A stretch of 64,000 bases of DNA, taken from the NCBI GenBank assembly GCA_965215195.1, contig CBDCDC010000001.1, positions 1,207,908 through 1,271,907 on the forward strand, read 5' to 3'. Below, one piece after another: positions 9,016 to 18,080 of the stretch; position 1 is the stretch's first letter, and the number at the start of each line of letters is the position of its first letter. The notes below the pieces were generated by a model that searched no databases, was not told the origin of the DNA, and worked only from the letters and a program-made list of their open reading frames with translations. This stretch comes from Candidatus Latescibacterota bacterium. Its GTDB lineage: Bacteria; Latescibacterota; UBA2968; UBA8231. The translations under genes were made by a program, and so were the position numbers.

Positions 9016-10272
9016 GAACGCAAGCGGCAAATCGCCGTTTTCGTCGAAGGCCATGTCCTCGGCCTCGGCCGTGATTTCCAAATCCTCGCGCTGTTCGAGC
9101 TCGGGCCGATAGGTTTCTGAAATGAGGAGCTCGCCTAGCTCTAGGGTGTTGTGGATGCGCAGGACCTTGGCGTTTTCGGGTTCGACGAGGCCGACGGTCT
9201 CTAACGCCTTTTCGATGCAGATGCGGTCCGTATCGAAGTAGAGGGGAATGTGGGCACCCGAGGGGTGGTTGCCGGTCATGCAGTTGATGTAGGTGATCTC
9301 GCGGTCCATCTGCTCAATGGCGCGCTTGTGGGCGTATTCGGCCGTGCCAATGCCCGAGGCGTTGCCGTGGGTCTCCTCGGTCAGGCTGCGGACGAGGATG
9401 CGGGTTACTTTGGGGTACTCCTTGGCGGCGGCGTGGTTGTCGTGGAACTTGCGGCCGACGACGTTGGTGTCCATGCCGGCACCGGAAATGTTTTTGCCGA
9501 TCGCATCGACGATGAGCAGATCGACTTCGTCAAAGGGCAGGCGCGGCATCCATTGCTTGGCGAGGACTAATAGCTCCTTTTCGCGCGCTACGAACTCGTC
9601 GGCCCCTACGCCGCGGATCAGCGCGGTTTGGTCGTATTGGTTTTCGACTAAGGCCAGCCCCATGAGCACGCCGCACTGGTCGATAACGGTTTGGCCGACC
9701 GAGCGGACGATGCGGTCAAAGCTGTAGTGGACAATGGCTTGGTGGTACAGGGCCGCGCCTTTGTGCTTGCCCAAGCCGATGAGCATCATCTTGTGCAGGC
9801 CGCTCTCGATTTCGCCGACAAAGTCGGTGTGCGGCTTGACGCGACCGACGACGGCTACGTGATCCGCCTCGAACGCGTATTTGTCAAAAAAGACCGGGAC
9901 GCCGTCCTCGGTTGCGCCCACCTGTACGGTTTCCATGGACGACTTAATGGGTGCGCCGGTGTACGCCTCGGTGACGCCGTAGCCTTCGATAATGGCCTGT
10001 TGCGCCTCGGCCATGCCGCCGCCGTGGCTGCCCATGGCCGGGACGAGGAAGGGCTGGAGGCCGAGGGCCTTGAATTCGGCCACGAGGCTTTTGATCACCA
10101 GCGCGATATTGGCAATGCCGCGGCTGCCGACCGAGATGGCGATGGTCTGGCCGGGCGCGACTTTGGGGCCTAAGTTGAGGCGCTGGACCTCGGCGCGCAC
10201 GGTAGCGGGAATGTCGGCGACCGTGGGTGCCGAGAAATGCTGGCGGACGCGGAACATGCGGGGTAGGGACAT
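9013..10272 (-). CDS. LarA-superfamily (lactate racemase domain / DUF2088-like) protein
   Basis: GSRGIANI, PAMGSHGG, RVKPHTDF, ESGLHKM..IGLGK, GKNISGAGMDTN; start at ATG 10272 behind AGGAGG. Confidence 0.75.
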   Translation of the reverse strand: MSLPRMFRVRQHFSAPTVADIPATVRAEVQRLNLGPKVAPGQTIAISVGSRGIANIALVIKSLVAEFKALGLQPFLVPAMGSHGGGMAEAQQAIIEGYGVTEAYTGAPIKSSMETVQVGATEDGVPVFFDKYAFEADHVAVVGRVKPHTDFVGEIESGLHKMMLIGLGKHKGAALYHQAIVHYSFDRIVRSVGQTVIDQCGVLMGLALVENQYDQTALIRGVGADEFVAREKELLVLAKQWMPRLPFDEVDLLIVDAIGKNISGAGMDTNVVGRKFHDNHAAAKEYPKVTRILVRSLTEETHGNASGIGTAEYAHKRAIEQMDREITYINCMTGNHPSGAHIPLYFDTDRICIEKALETVGLVEPENAKVLRIHNTLELGELLISETYRPELEQREDLEITAEAEDMAFDENGDLPLAF

Positions 10273-10282
10273 GGTGGACCTC

Positions 10283-11434
10283 CTAAATGGCTTGTTGGAA
10301 TAGAGCTTCGAGATCGCGCTGGCTGGTCTTGCGCGGGTTGACGGCGATGTTGCCGCTCTGCATGGCGGTGTGTGCCATGGTGGGGATGCGGGCTGTATCA
10401 ACGCCGACATCGCCGAGCTTGGGCGGGATGCCTAAGTCGGCGTTGAGGTGTCGCACCGCGGCGATGGCCGCCTGCGCGGCTTGGCGTTGGTCTAACTCGG
10501 AGATGTGTGCGCCGAGTGCCTCGGCGATGGCGGCAAATTTGCCGGGGCAGGCCAGCCAATTGAATTCCATGACATAGGGCAGCAAGATGGCGTTGAGCAG
10601 CCCGTGATGCACGTGGTAGTGAGCTCCAACCGGATGGGACATGGCGTGGACGTTGCCGAGGCGCGTTTGCGAAAAGGCGACGCCGGCCAGCATACTGGCG
10701 ATGAGCATGTTTTCGGTGGCGGCTAGCGCATGGTCGTTGGCGCAGGCGAGGCGCAGATTGTCGCCGATAAGGCGGATGGCGTGCAGGGCGATGCCTTCGG
10801 TGAGAGGCGTGGCTGCTAGATTGATATAGGATTCGAGTGCGTGGGTCAGGGCGTCCATGCCGGTAGCCGCGCCCACCGGGGCGGGCAAGGCGACCGACAG
10901 GTCGGGGTCGAGGACGCCGACTTGGGGTGCGATCTTCCAGCTAATAACCGGGTCTTTGTTGCCGCTGGCCGGATTGTCCAGCACGGCGAAGGGCGTGACT
11001 TCGCTGGCGGTGCCGTAGGTCGTGGGGACGCAGGCGAGGTAGGGCAGGTCGTTTGCGACTTTTCCGCTGCCTAGATACTGGGTGATGCGTCCGTCGTTGG
11101 ACGCGAGGACGCCGATCATCTTGGCCACGTCCATAGGCGAGCCACCGCCGAGGCCGATGATGGCCGTGCAGCGTTCTCGTTGGTAGGTCTGGGTGCCTTC
11201 CTCAACGGATTCTGCGGTCGGCTCACTCGATCCGTCCTTGAGATAGATAGCATGGGGAATGTCGCCGAGGGCGGCGACGACTGCTGCCACCGTGCCGATT
11301 TCTCCTAAGACCCGATCGGAGACGATCAGCACCTTGTCGGTAGGCGAGAAGCAATCCGCCAAGCAGGCGATAGACCCGGGGCCGTGGACGATGTGGGTGG
11401 GGTAGCGGAAGTCGAAGTGGGTTTGGAAGGGCAT
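10283..11434 (-). CDS. Iron-containing alcohol dehydrogenase
   Basis: GLGGGSPMDVAK, PTTYGTASEVT, GMDALTHALES, HAMSH, HHG metal ligands. Confidence 0.92.
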   Translation of the reverse strand: MPFQTHFDFRYPTHIVHGPGSIACLADCFSPTDKVLIVSDRVLGEIGTVAAVVAALGDIPHAIYLKDGSSEPTAESVEEGTQTYQRERCTAIIGLGGGSPMDVAKMIGVLASNDGRITQYLGSGKVANDLPYLACVPTTYGTASEVTPFAVLDNPASGNKDPVISWKIAPQVGVLDPDLSVALPAPVGAATGMDALTHALESYINLAATPLTEGIALHAIRLIGDNLRLACANDHALAATENMLIASMLAGVAFSQTRLGNVHAMSHPVGAHYHVHHGLLNAILLPYVMEFNWLACPGKFAAIAEALGAHISELDQRQAAQAAIAAVRHLNADLGIPPKLGDVGVDTARIPTMAHTAMQSGNIAVNPRKTSQRDLEALFQQAI

Positions 11435-11459
11435 GGACAATCCTCTGTGTGCAGGAGGG

Positions 11460-11489
11460 AAAGTAGCTAGCGCTCGTCGTTGATGTCAA
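11460..11489 (-). promoter_or_regulatory. Putative sigma-70 promoter for the ADH-larA operon
   Basis: TTGACA-N18-TACTTT on the minus strand upstream of the ADH start. Confidence 0.5.
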
Positions 11490-11553
11490 GATAACCGGAG
11501 GGGGCTGGGTCGGTAGTCCGACGCCTTGTAGCTAAACAGCACGTTTTTCACAA

Positions 11554-11616
11554 ACTCGAATCATCTCTGCCCGGAGAGCAACGCGTCATGAGCGAAGAAA
11601 ATACCACGAAATTTAG
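11554..11616 (+). pseudogene. BrnT-family toxin C-terminal remnant
   Basis: Hand translation TRIISARRATRHERRKYHEI*; RIISAR.A...ER..Y is the BrnT C-terminal signature; in-frame stop at 11533 and no start; overlaps the antitoxin start. Confidence 0.75.
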
Positions 11617-11956
11617 GCTGGACGAAAAGAACCTACTGCGTCTGAGCAAGTCCGAGGTGCAACGCCTCGATTCCATGCGCGACGAGGAGATCGAAAAGGC
11701 CGCGTTGTCCGATCCCGACAATCCGCCTTTGACGGATGAGGAACTTGAAGCATTCGAGCGCGTTCCTGACACGAAGGCGATCCGCAAAGCCTTGCGTTTA
11801 ACTCAGCACGAATTCGCCACCACGTTTCAGCTCTCTTTGGCGACGGTACGAGACTGGGAACAGGGGCGCTACCAGCCGGATCAGGCGGCCCGTACGCTCC
11901 TGCGCGTAATTGCCCGTGATTCCAAAGCGGTCAAGCGCGCCTTGGAGATGTCTTAA
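11588..11956 (+). CDS. XRE/HigA-like HTH antitoxin
   Basis: AALSDPDNPPL..., IRKALRLTQHEFA, TVRDWEQGRYQPD.AARTLLRVI. Confidence 0.85.
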   Translation: MSEENTTKFRLDEKNLLRLSKSEVQRLDSMRDEEIEKAALSDPDNPPLTDEELEAFERVPDTKAIRKALRLTQHEFATTFQLSLATVRDWEQGRYQPDQAARTLLRVIARDSKAVKRALEMS

Positions 11957-11973
11957 GCTGAGAGTGCATAAGG

Positions 11974-13191
11974 TTAGGATAACCCACCGACCAAACTCTG
12001 AACCGATGTTTCAAGTTCACGGGTTATCTGTTCTACCGTTTCTCTTTTCTGAGTTCTGTAGGTATCATAACGTTCCCGAAGATTTTTCGGCTCACCGACG
12101 CGGACTGCTGCCACCCGCGGTCCGCGCATTTCTGATCGGCCAAAGACTTCTCTTTCAAGACGGAGAATTACATCGAGAAACCGCTCTGGCGATGGTTCTT
12201 CGGCAACATACCCATCAGAAATTGCTATAAAATTAATCAACCGCTCCAGATCGGGATAGAATTGTTGAAATTTCTGGAGCTGCTCTCCATGTATTTTCTG
12301 CTCGTACTCCGTCATCTGCTCAATGTCCCTATAGATTTCGGCATCGACTATGTTTTTCAACACACGTGTCCTCGTGAGTATGTCGGCTTCAGTGTGGATA
12401 CCCATAATCCCTTCGGCATGGGACAGGATCGCATCTTTCAACCTTTCGATATGTACATCAAGAGACACAGTTTCGTCTATCTTATACTGATATTCCGATG
12501 CGAGCGTCCTGAATATCGCGACGCCGATGCGGCGCAACCGATCGTAGCGTTCTACCGGCGTCTGTTCGCCAGGAGGGAGGATATACCGTTCTAACCTCGT
12601 GAGAGCAGCATCAATAGAATTCCACATGTCTCGCGGATAATGATATTTGATGCCGACGGGCACAGCATAGAGCGATTTGCTGACTTTCGCTTTTGCCATA
12701 TCGTCCAAAGCCCAAAAGCACATCTGTACAATGCCTCTCTCAAAACGCATGACGGTGTCATTTTGGCGCGAAATTTCCCCTTCGCCAAAAATTACAACCG
12801 GCCAGTCGCCCTGAAACAAAAGCTCCCGCGTCGTGCGGAAGGCATCTCTATCTACAGTGCCGCGCACAACCGAGTACACACCGACCCGCTGCATCAGATA
12901 GCATTGGATAGCCCCGAGTCTGCCCTTGTCGAAGGTTTCCCGCGCTGCCATATAGTAGTACGGTTGAGATAATCGCTTTGACAAGAGAAACATAACTATA
13001 GGATCTTCGTGCGCCGGATGGTTGGGGACTAAGACCGTAGAATGTCCATGTATCGCCTCCAATCGAGCAATGGACTCTGCATCAACATCCAGTGTCAACC
13101 CTTTCAAATACAAGCGATTCGCAAGCGGTATTAGGGCTCGTATCGTTTGAATCGTTGTCGTACTCGGTTTAGGTGGTTTGAAATCTAACAT
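11974..13191 (-). CDS. Phospholipid/glycerol acyltransferase (PlsC-like) family protein
   Basis: PNHPAHED (HxxxxD), YMAARE, VIFGEG motifs; AT-richer than core; start reassigned to ATG 13191. Confidence 0.82.
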   Translation of the reverse strand: MLDFKPPKPSTTTIQTIRALIPLANRLYLKGLTLDVDAESIARLEAIHGHSTVLVPNHPAHEDPIVMFLLSKRLSQPYYYMAARETFDKGRLGAIQCYLMQRVGVYSVVRGTVDRDAFRTTRELLFQGDWPVVIFGEGEISRQNDTVMRFERGIVQMCFWALDDMAKAKVSKSLYAVPVGIKYHYPRDMWNSIDAALTRLERYILPPGEQTPVERYDRLRRIGVAIFRTLASEYQYKIDETVSLDVHIERLKDAILSHAEGIMGIHTEADILTRTRVLKNIVDAEIYRDIEQMTEYEQKIHGEQLQKFQQFYPDLERLINFIAISDGYVAEEPSPERFLDVILRLEREVFGRSEMRGPRVAAVRVGEPKNLRERYDTYRTQKRETVEQITRELETSVQSLVGGLS

Positions 13192-13230
13192 CGCGTCCGA
13201 TCTTTGCGTCGTACGGTATGTTGGTACTAC

Positions 13231-13305
13231 TGGTGCCCAGGGGGTATCGGGCAATTCGGTCCAGCCCACGCTATTAGCCGAATACCACACATCGCGGCGA
13301 TTGCC
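13231..13305 (-). pseudogene. Kelch/galactose-oxidase-like repeat fragment
   Basis: GNRRDVWYSANSVGWTELPDTPWAP resembles the N.DVWYS.DG..W..LP..PW.PR repeat unit; isolated fragment. Confidence 0.45.
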
Positions 13306-13329
13306 ACTTTCTGCCGCATGGTCATAATC

Positions 13330-13470
13330 TAGGACCGAGGGCGTCTCGCCCTCGAAAAACGCTCCATCCGAGGGCCGCTTGACCGCTACTCAACGCGGTC
13401 CGCCGGGGGTTTGTCGCGCCTAAAGGCGCGGTGAAGCAGATCGCTTCTAAGGCAATTGCAACATTCCACC
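13330..13470. repeat. REP-like composite repeat
   Basis: CGAGGGCGTCTCGCCCTCG hairpin (inverted copy at 4885-4917); also shares GCGCGGTGAAGC and CGCTTCTAAG words with the 4840-4960 intergenic region. Confidence 0.65.
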
Positions 13471-13543
13471 GGAGATTCACGAGTTCGCCGCGCAACCGCT
13501 TTTTGTCGGCATTGACGTGCAAACAGCAGGTCCGCCCGCGGCC

Positions 13544-14389
13544 CTACACCAGCATGCGCTGGTCGCTGAGATCCTTGCTGCCCACGGTCTTGCTGATGGT
13601 GCCACCGCGGAATTCTTTGATCTCTAGGTTGTAGAACGCGTTGACGATCATGTACTGGGTCGGCATGTCCTCCCAGCGCGCCGGGTGAAACTCGACTGTC
13701 CCGTCACCCCTCCACAACCCGATCAGGCGGCTGTTGCTGCCCTCCGACGGGGTAAGGCAGGCGTAGGCCGCGTCTGCTTCGCCCCAGTGGCCAGTGCGGG
13801 GGATGTACTTGTAATGGAGCTGCCCGGTCAGTACGCCGTCGGTGCGCGGTGCTGCCGGCGCTGGATAGTCGGCGGGTGCTACTTCGCGCATGTTGGTCAG
13901 CTTCATGTCGAGGAAGCGAAACCCCTGCCAGTGCGCTGTGACGTGGGTCTCGCCCCGGCACACTGCCGGGTCCGGCATCTCGCAGTAGATCTTCGAGAAC
14001 CCGAGCTGTTCCCGACCAGTGAGAATCGGCTCGGTCATGTTCTCCCACAGGACAGTCAGCAACGGTCCCATTGCGCGGTCGCGCTTGCCGGTGTAGGTCA
14101 CCGGAAAGGCCACGCCCATCATGGTGTAGCCGCGTCCGGCCAACCACTCGATCTCCTTCAGGTGGGTCTGGGACACCGTCACCACTGGCTCGCCGTGCAG
14201 CGCGAACCCCTGCGGCAGCAGCGCCTCGAGCTGTTCGGCGTTGGTCAGGAAGCTGACCGAGTAGCTGGTGCCCTTGGGAGTATCGACGCAGGCATACCTT
14301 TTGCCGTCGGGGCCGCGGCGCGGGCCCGTCATCGGTCCAAAGTGAGTGGGCATGAGGTACATCGCGCCTAGCGGAAACTTGTACGCCAC
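13544..14389 (-). CDS. Acetoacetate decarboxylase (ADC)-family protein
   Basis: MPTHFGP, LEALLP.GF, WLAGRGY, PILTGREQLGFSKIY; GTG start behind GGAG. Confidence 0.75.
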   Translation of the reverse strand: MAYKFPLGAMYLMPTHFGPMTGPRRGPDGKRYACVDTPKGTSYSVSFLTNAEQLEALLPQGFALHGEPVVTVSQTHLKEIEWLAGRGYTMMGVAFPVTYTGKRDRAMGPLLTVLWENMTEPILTGREQLGFSKIYCEMPDPAVCRGETHVTAHWQGFRFLDMKLTNMREVAPADYPAPAAPRTDGVLTGQLHYKYIPRTGHWGEADAAYACLTPSEGSNSRLIGLWRGDGTVEFHPARWEDMPTQYMIVNAFYNLEIKEFRGGTISKTVGSKDLSDQRMLV

Positions 14390-14516
14390 TGATGCTCTCC
14401 TCTCTTGTTGACAAACCACTGGGGGATAAACAAATTAAGGGTATAAGGAATATAAAGGGCCTTTTAGGGGATCAGGTCAAGCGGCGTAGTTTTCGTCGAG
14501 ATTTATAGGAGGAAAA

Positions 14517-15257
14517 ATGAAAAGATGTAATTATTGGTTTTTAGCGATCGGCACCTTGCTGATTTTAGTACTCACTGCCTGTGATTTATATGTTGCTTCG
14601 GAGGTATTATCGTCCTCAACAATTGACAGAACTATCCATGTAATCGGGAGCGGTTCAGTTACTGGTGAACCAGATATTGCAACGCTTGATGTAGGTGTGT
14701 CTGTTGAGGAAGAGACAGTCGCAGAGGCACGTGCAGAAGCTGCGAGTGCGATGACAGCGTTAATAGGTTCCCTGCAAGCGAACAACGTTGCTGAAAAAGA
14801 CATTAAAACCGAGAATTTCAGTATCCATCCCCAGTACGACTATGCAGAAAGCGGACGCCTACTCCGTGGTTACAGAGTAAACAACACTGTTAGGGCAAAG
14901 GTCCGAGAATTGGCAACCCTCAGCGATGTCATAGATGATGCCGCCGCCGCGGGAGGGAATAGCATTGTTATTAACTCTATTCAATTTATGATTGATGATA
15001 CTACACCATTACAAACCGAGGCACGTAGTTTGGCGGTAAAGGATGCTGAAGCGAAAGCACAAACCTTAGCGGAAGCAAGTGGTGTAACGCTAGGAGAACC
15101 TATTACCATCACTGAAAATACTCATTTCGGAGGTTCGCCAATCCCGTATGCGACTGCAGAAGCCGCCTTCGATGATGCCGCGCGTACTTCCACTCCCATT
15201 GTCTCAGGTGAACTCACTGTCACCGTGAATGTCACTGTGGTGTATGAGATTGAGTGA
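14517..15257 (+). CDS. SIMPL domain (DUF541, YggE-like) lipoprotein
   Basis: Lipobox LTAC; I.V.G.G.V..EPD.A, I.T..FSI.PQY, AVKDA..KAQTLAEA.GV.LG, V.V.YEI; AGGAGG RBS; AT-rich. Confidence 0.88.
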   Translation: MKRCNYWFLAIGTLLILVLTACDLYVASEVLSSSTIDRTIHVIGSGSVTGEPDIATLDVGVSVEEETVAEARAEAASAMTALIGSLQANNVAEKDIKTENFSIHPQYDYAESGRLLRGYRVNNTVRAKVRELATLSDVIDDAAAAGGNSIVINSIQFMIDDTTPLQTEARSLAVKDAEAKAQTLAEASGVTLGEPITITENTHFGGSPIPYATAEAAFDDAARTSTPIVSGELTVTVNVTVVYEIE

Positions 15258-15540
15258 GGTTAGTTAGAGCTGCAACTCTCGTTGATGCTCGCGAATATGG
15301 CCTCATGGCGTCGGCAGAGAACCTATTGTCCCGTTGGGATCGATAGGGGATGGCCGGCTGGTTATGGTCTCCGACATCCAATAACACCCGCCGAGAGCCA
15401 CTGACCCGCGCCCACCAGTGCTTCACCCACGCCTTGTCCTCTGCCTCTGGGGGGCGTTGCGCCCCCGCACTAGGCCATCCACGACCGCTGAGCTCACCGG
15501 GCACAACCACTGCGTTCCGCTTTCGCCGCCGATACCGCGT

Positions 15541-16554
15541 TTAGGCAAAGAGGCGGGCGATCTCGTCCACCGGGAAAGTGGGCAACGGCGCTAGATGGCC
15601 ATCGCGGCGTAGCTGAAGTCCGAAGGAAGGGGGACGGACCGTGCCGATGCGGGCTGCAGCTATGTTGGCGTCGTGCAGGGCCGCGAGTATGGCGTCAGCG
15701 GAATCGGCCGCGCAGCCGATCAGCAGCGCACCCGAAGAAATCACGCCGAGGGGATCGAGCCCAAAGGCCGCGCACAGACGCGCTGTGGCCGGATCGATGG
15801 GCAGCGCGTGGTAGTCGATTTCTGCGCCCATCGCAGACGCAGCGGTCAATTCCCACAGGCCCGTGGCGACCCCGCCTTCGGTCGGATCGTGCATGGCGGT
15901 GACTTGTCCGGCTTGTCCGGCGACTTGGGCGTCATGCACGACGCTGATGCCAGGGGTGTGGAGGTAGTCGGCACAGGCGTCCAAAAAGGCAGGTGTACAG
16001 CCGCGAGTGCGCAGTTGTGCGCGTTTTTCGCGGGCGATGATGGCGGTGGCTTCAATGCCCAAGCCCTTGGTCAGGAGCAGGGCGTGCCCGGGCCGCAAGC
16101 CCGAGGAACGCACCAAGCGGTCGCGCGTGGTTTCCCCGAGCATCTGGCCGATGACTAGGGGGCGGTCGAGCCCATAGGTCACCTCGGTGTGGCCGCCGCA
16201 GACGGCGATGCCCAAGTCCTCGGCGGCTTGGTGGATGGAGCGGAAAATGGATTTTGTAAGCTCGGGCGTGGCGCGTTCTTCGGGGAGGAGGATGGTGCTG
16301 AGGAAGAAGCGGGGTGTCGCTCCCATGGCGGCAATGTCGTTGGCATTGACGTGGACCGCGTACCAGCCAATCTCGTCGCTGGCGAAAGTGATGGGGTCGG
16401 TCTTGGCCACTAGCAAGCGGTCGCCGCAGTCAATGACCGCGGCGTCCTCGCCTAGGGCCGGCGGCACGAGCAGGCGCTCGTGGCGGTGGGTATAGGCATT
16501 GAGCAGACGGGCTAGTTCAGCGGGAGGGAGCTTGCCGGCAGGGTAGGTCTTCAC
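15541..16554 (-). CDS. AIR synthase-related protein (PurM/HypE/ThiL-like ATPase fold)
   Basis: GKLP, GEDAAVID, DPIT, NANDIA, GGHTEVT, MHDPTEGG, ISSGALL; GTGA overlap with cobA-hemD stop. Confidence 0.85.
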   Translation of the reverse strand: MKTYPAGKLPPAELARLLNAYTHRHERLLVPPALGEDAAVIDCGDRLLVAKTDPITFASDEIGWYAVHVNANDIAAMGATPRFFLSTILLPEERATPELTKSIFRSIHQAAEDLGIAVCGGHTEVTYGLDRPLVIGQMLGETTRDRLVRSSGLRPGHALLLTKGLGIEATAIIAREKRAQLRTRGCTPAFLDACADYLHTPGISVVHDAQVAGQAGQVTAMHDPTEGGVATGLWELTAASAMGAEIDYHALPIDPATARLCAAFGLDPLGVISSGALLIGCAADSADAILAALHDANIAAARIGTVRPPSFGLQLRRDGHLAPLPTFPVDEIARLFA

Positions 16555-18080
16555 GGGGCGTAGAAGGCGACGATGGCTTGGACGAGAGCGGGGATACTGC
16601 TTTCGCTGGGCTGCACGTGAACGGCAAACCCGAGCTGGCGCACGGCCGCGGCCGTGGTCGGGCCAATGCAGGCGATGTGAGTGCGGGCCAATACGGCCTC
16701 CGCGCGTTTTGGCCCTAGAACTTGATGAAAATTGTGGACGCTGGAGGGGCTGGCAAAGACGATGAGGTCGAGTTCGTTCGCGGCCAGCACGGCCGGGAGA
16801 TCGACTTGGTCCGGCAGGCGATTTACGTACGTCGTTAGGTGGTGAACTTGGGCACCGCGTGCCGCGAGCGCAGCGGCGAGTTCGCTGCGCCCAATGGAAG
16901 AAGCTGGCAAGAGGATCTGCTGGTCGGTCACATCGAATGCGGCAAAGGCGCTCGCTAGCGCAGCCTGCGATTGGCGCGGGGGCACGAGATCGGCGACTAA
17001 GCCCTGTTGGCGCAGGGCCGCGGCCGTAGCCAAGCCGACAGCCGCTATGCGCGTGTGGGCAAAGGCCCGGGCGTCGAGGCCGCGCTGGTAGAGCCGGTTG
17101 CAGAAAAAAGCCACGCTGTTGGGGCTGGTGAAGACGACCCAAGCAATGTTCCCGAGCCGGTCTTGGGCCGCATCCACAGCCGTCCAGTCGTCGGGTGGGC
17201 CGATGTGCAGGAGGGGCAGCGTCGCTACGGCCGCCCCTTCGGCTTCGAGGCGTTGCTGGAGGGGGCCGGCCTGTTCGCGGCTGCGGGTGACGAGCAGGCG
17301 GCGGCCAAAGAGCGGTTTGCTCTCAAACCAGTTGAGTTCTTGGCGCAGCGCGACGACTGGGCCGATTGCGATGAGGGCTGGCGAGCGGATTTGCTGGGCA
17401 ATGGCGCGGGCTGGCAGGTGTTGGAGCTCGGCGACGACCGTGCGCTGGTCGGGCCAGGTCCCCCATTCAATAGCTGCGGCCGGCGTTGAGGCCGGCCGAC
17501 CCCGAGCGACGAGATGCTGACATATACTGGCGATCTTGCGGACGGCCATGAAGATGACGAGGGTGCCGTCAAAGGCCGCTAGCTGGTCCCAGTTGATGGC
17601 CGAGTCGGGCTTAGCTGGATCCTCGTTGCCGGTGACCAGCAGCGCGGCCGAGGCCATGCCGCGGTGAGTTAGGGGGATGCCGGCGTAAGCTAAGACGCCA
17701 GAGGCTGCGGAGACGCCCGAGACGATTTCAAAGGGGATGCCGGCCCGGCGCAGGTGCAGGGCCTCTTCGCCGCCGCGGCCGAAGATGAAGGGATCGCCGC
17801 CTTTGAGGCGGACGACGATATGGCCTTGGCGGGCGCGAGCGACGAGGAGCGCATGGATCGCGTCTTGGGAGGGGTTTTTGCGGCCGCCGCGTTTGCCGAC
17901 TGCGATTTGCTCGCACGTGTTGGGCACTAGGTCGAGCAAGCGGTTGTCGAGAAGGTCGTCGTACAGGACGACGTCGGCCTCGCGCAAGTAGCGCAGGCCC
18001 TTGAGGGTTAGCAGGCCGGGGTCGCCAGGGCCGGCCCCGACGATGTACACGGTGCCCGGGGTGGCGTATTCAGCGGACAT
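16551..18080 (-). CDS. cobA: Uroporphyrinogen-III C-methyltransferase / synthase fusion (CobA-HemD)
   Basis: VGAGPGDPGLLT, RLKGGDPFIFGRGGEE, then HemD motifs LVTRSREQ, FTSPNSV, FASPSSV, IGPTTA. Confidence 0.93.
   Translation of the reverse strand: MSAEYATPGTVYIVGAGPGDPGLLTLKGLRYLREADVVLYDDLLDNRLLDLVPNTCEQIAVGKRGGRKNPSQDAIHALLVARARQGHIVVRLKGGDPFIFGRGGEEALHLRRAGIPFEIVSGVSAASGVLAYAGIPLTHRGMASAALLVTGNEDPAKPDSAINWDQLAAFDGTLVIFMAVRKIASICQHLVARGRPASTPAAAIEWGTWPDQRTVVAELQHLPARAIAQQIRSPALIAIGPVVALRQELNWFESKPLFGRRLLVTRSREQAGPLQQRLEAEGAAVATLPLLHIGPPDDWTAVDAAQDRLGNIAWVVFTSPNSVAFFCNRLYQRGLDARAFAHTRIAAVGLATAAALRQQGLVADLVPPRQSQAALASAFAAFDVTDQQILLPASSIGRSELAAALAARGAQVHHLTTYVNRLPDQVDLPAVLAANELDLIVFASPSSVHNFHQVLGPKRAEAVLARTHIACIGPTTAAAVRQLGFAVHVQPSESSIPALVQAIVAFYAP

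Noticed and set aside
11500-15540. Integron cassette array
   Set aside because: Genes are in mixed orientation, with no attC-like RYYYAAC...GTTRRRY structures and no integrase.
15258-15540. Possible decayed gene or structured RNA between SIMPL and the AIR-synthase-like gene
   Set aside because: Only a short GC hairpin near 15449-15466; no coherent frame or known RNA motif.
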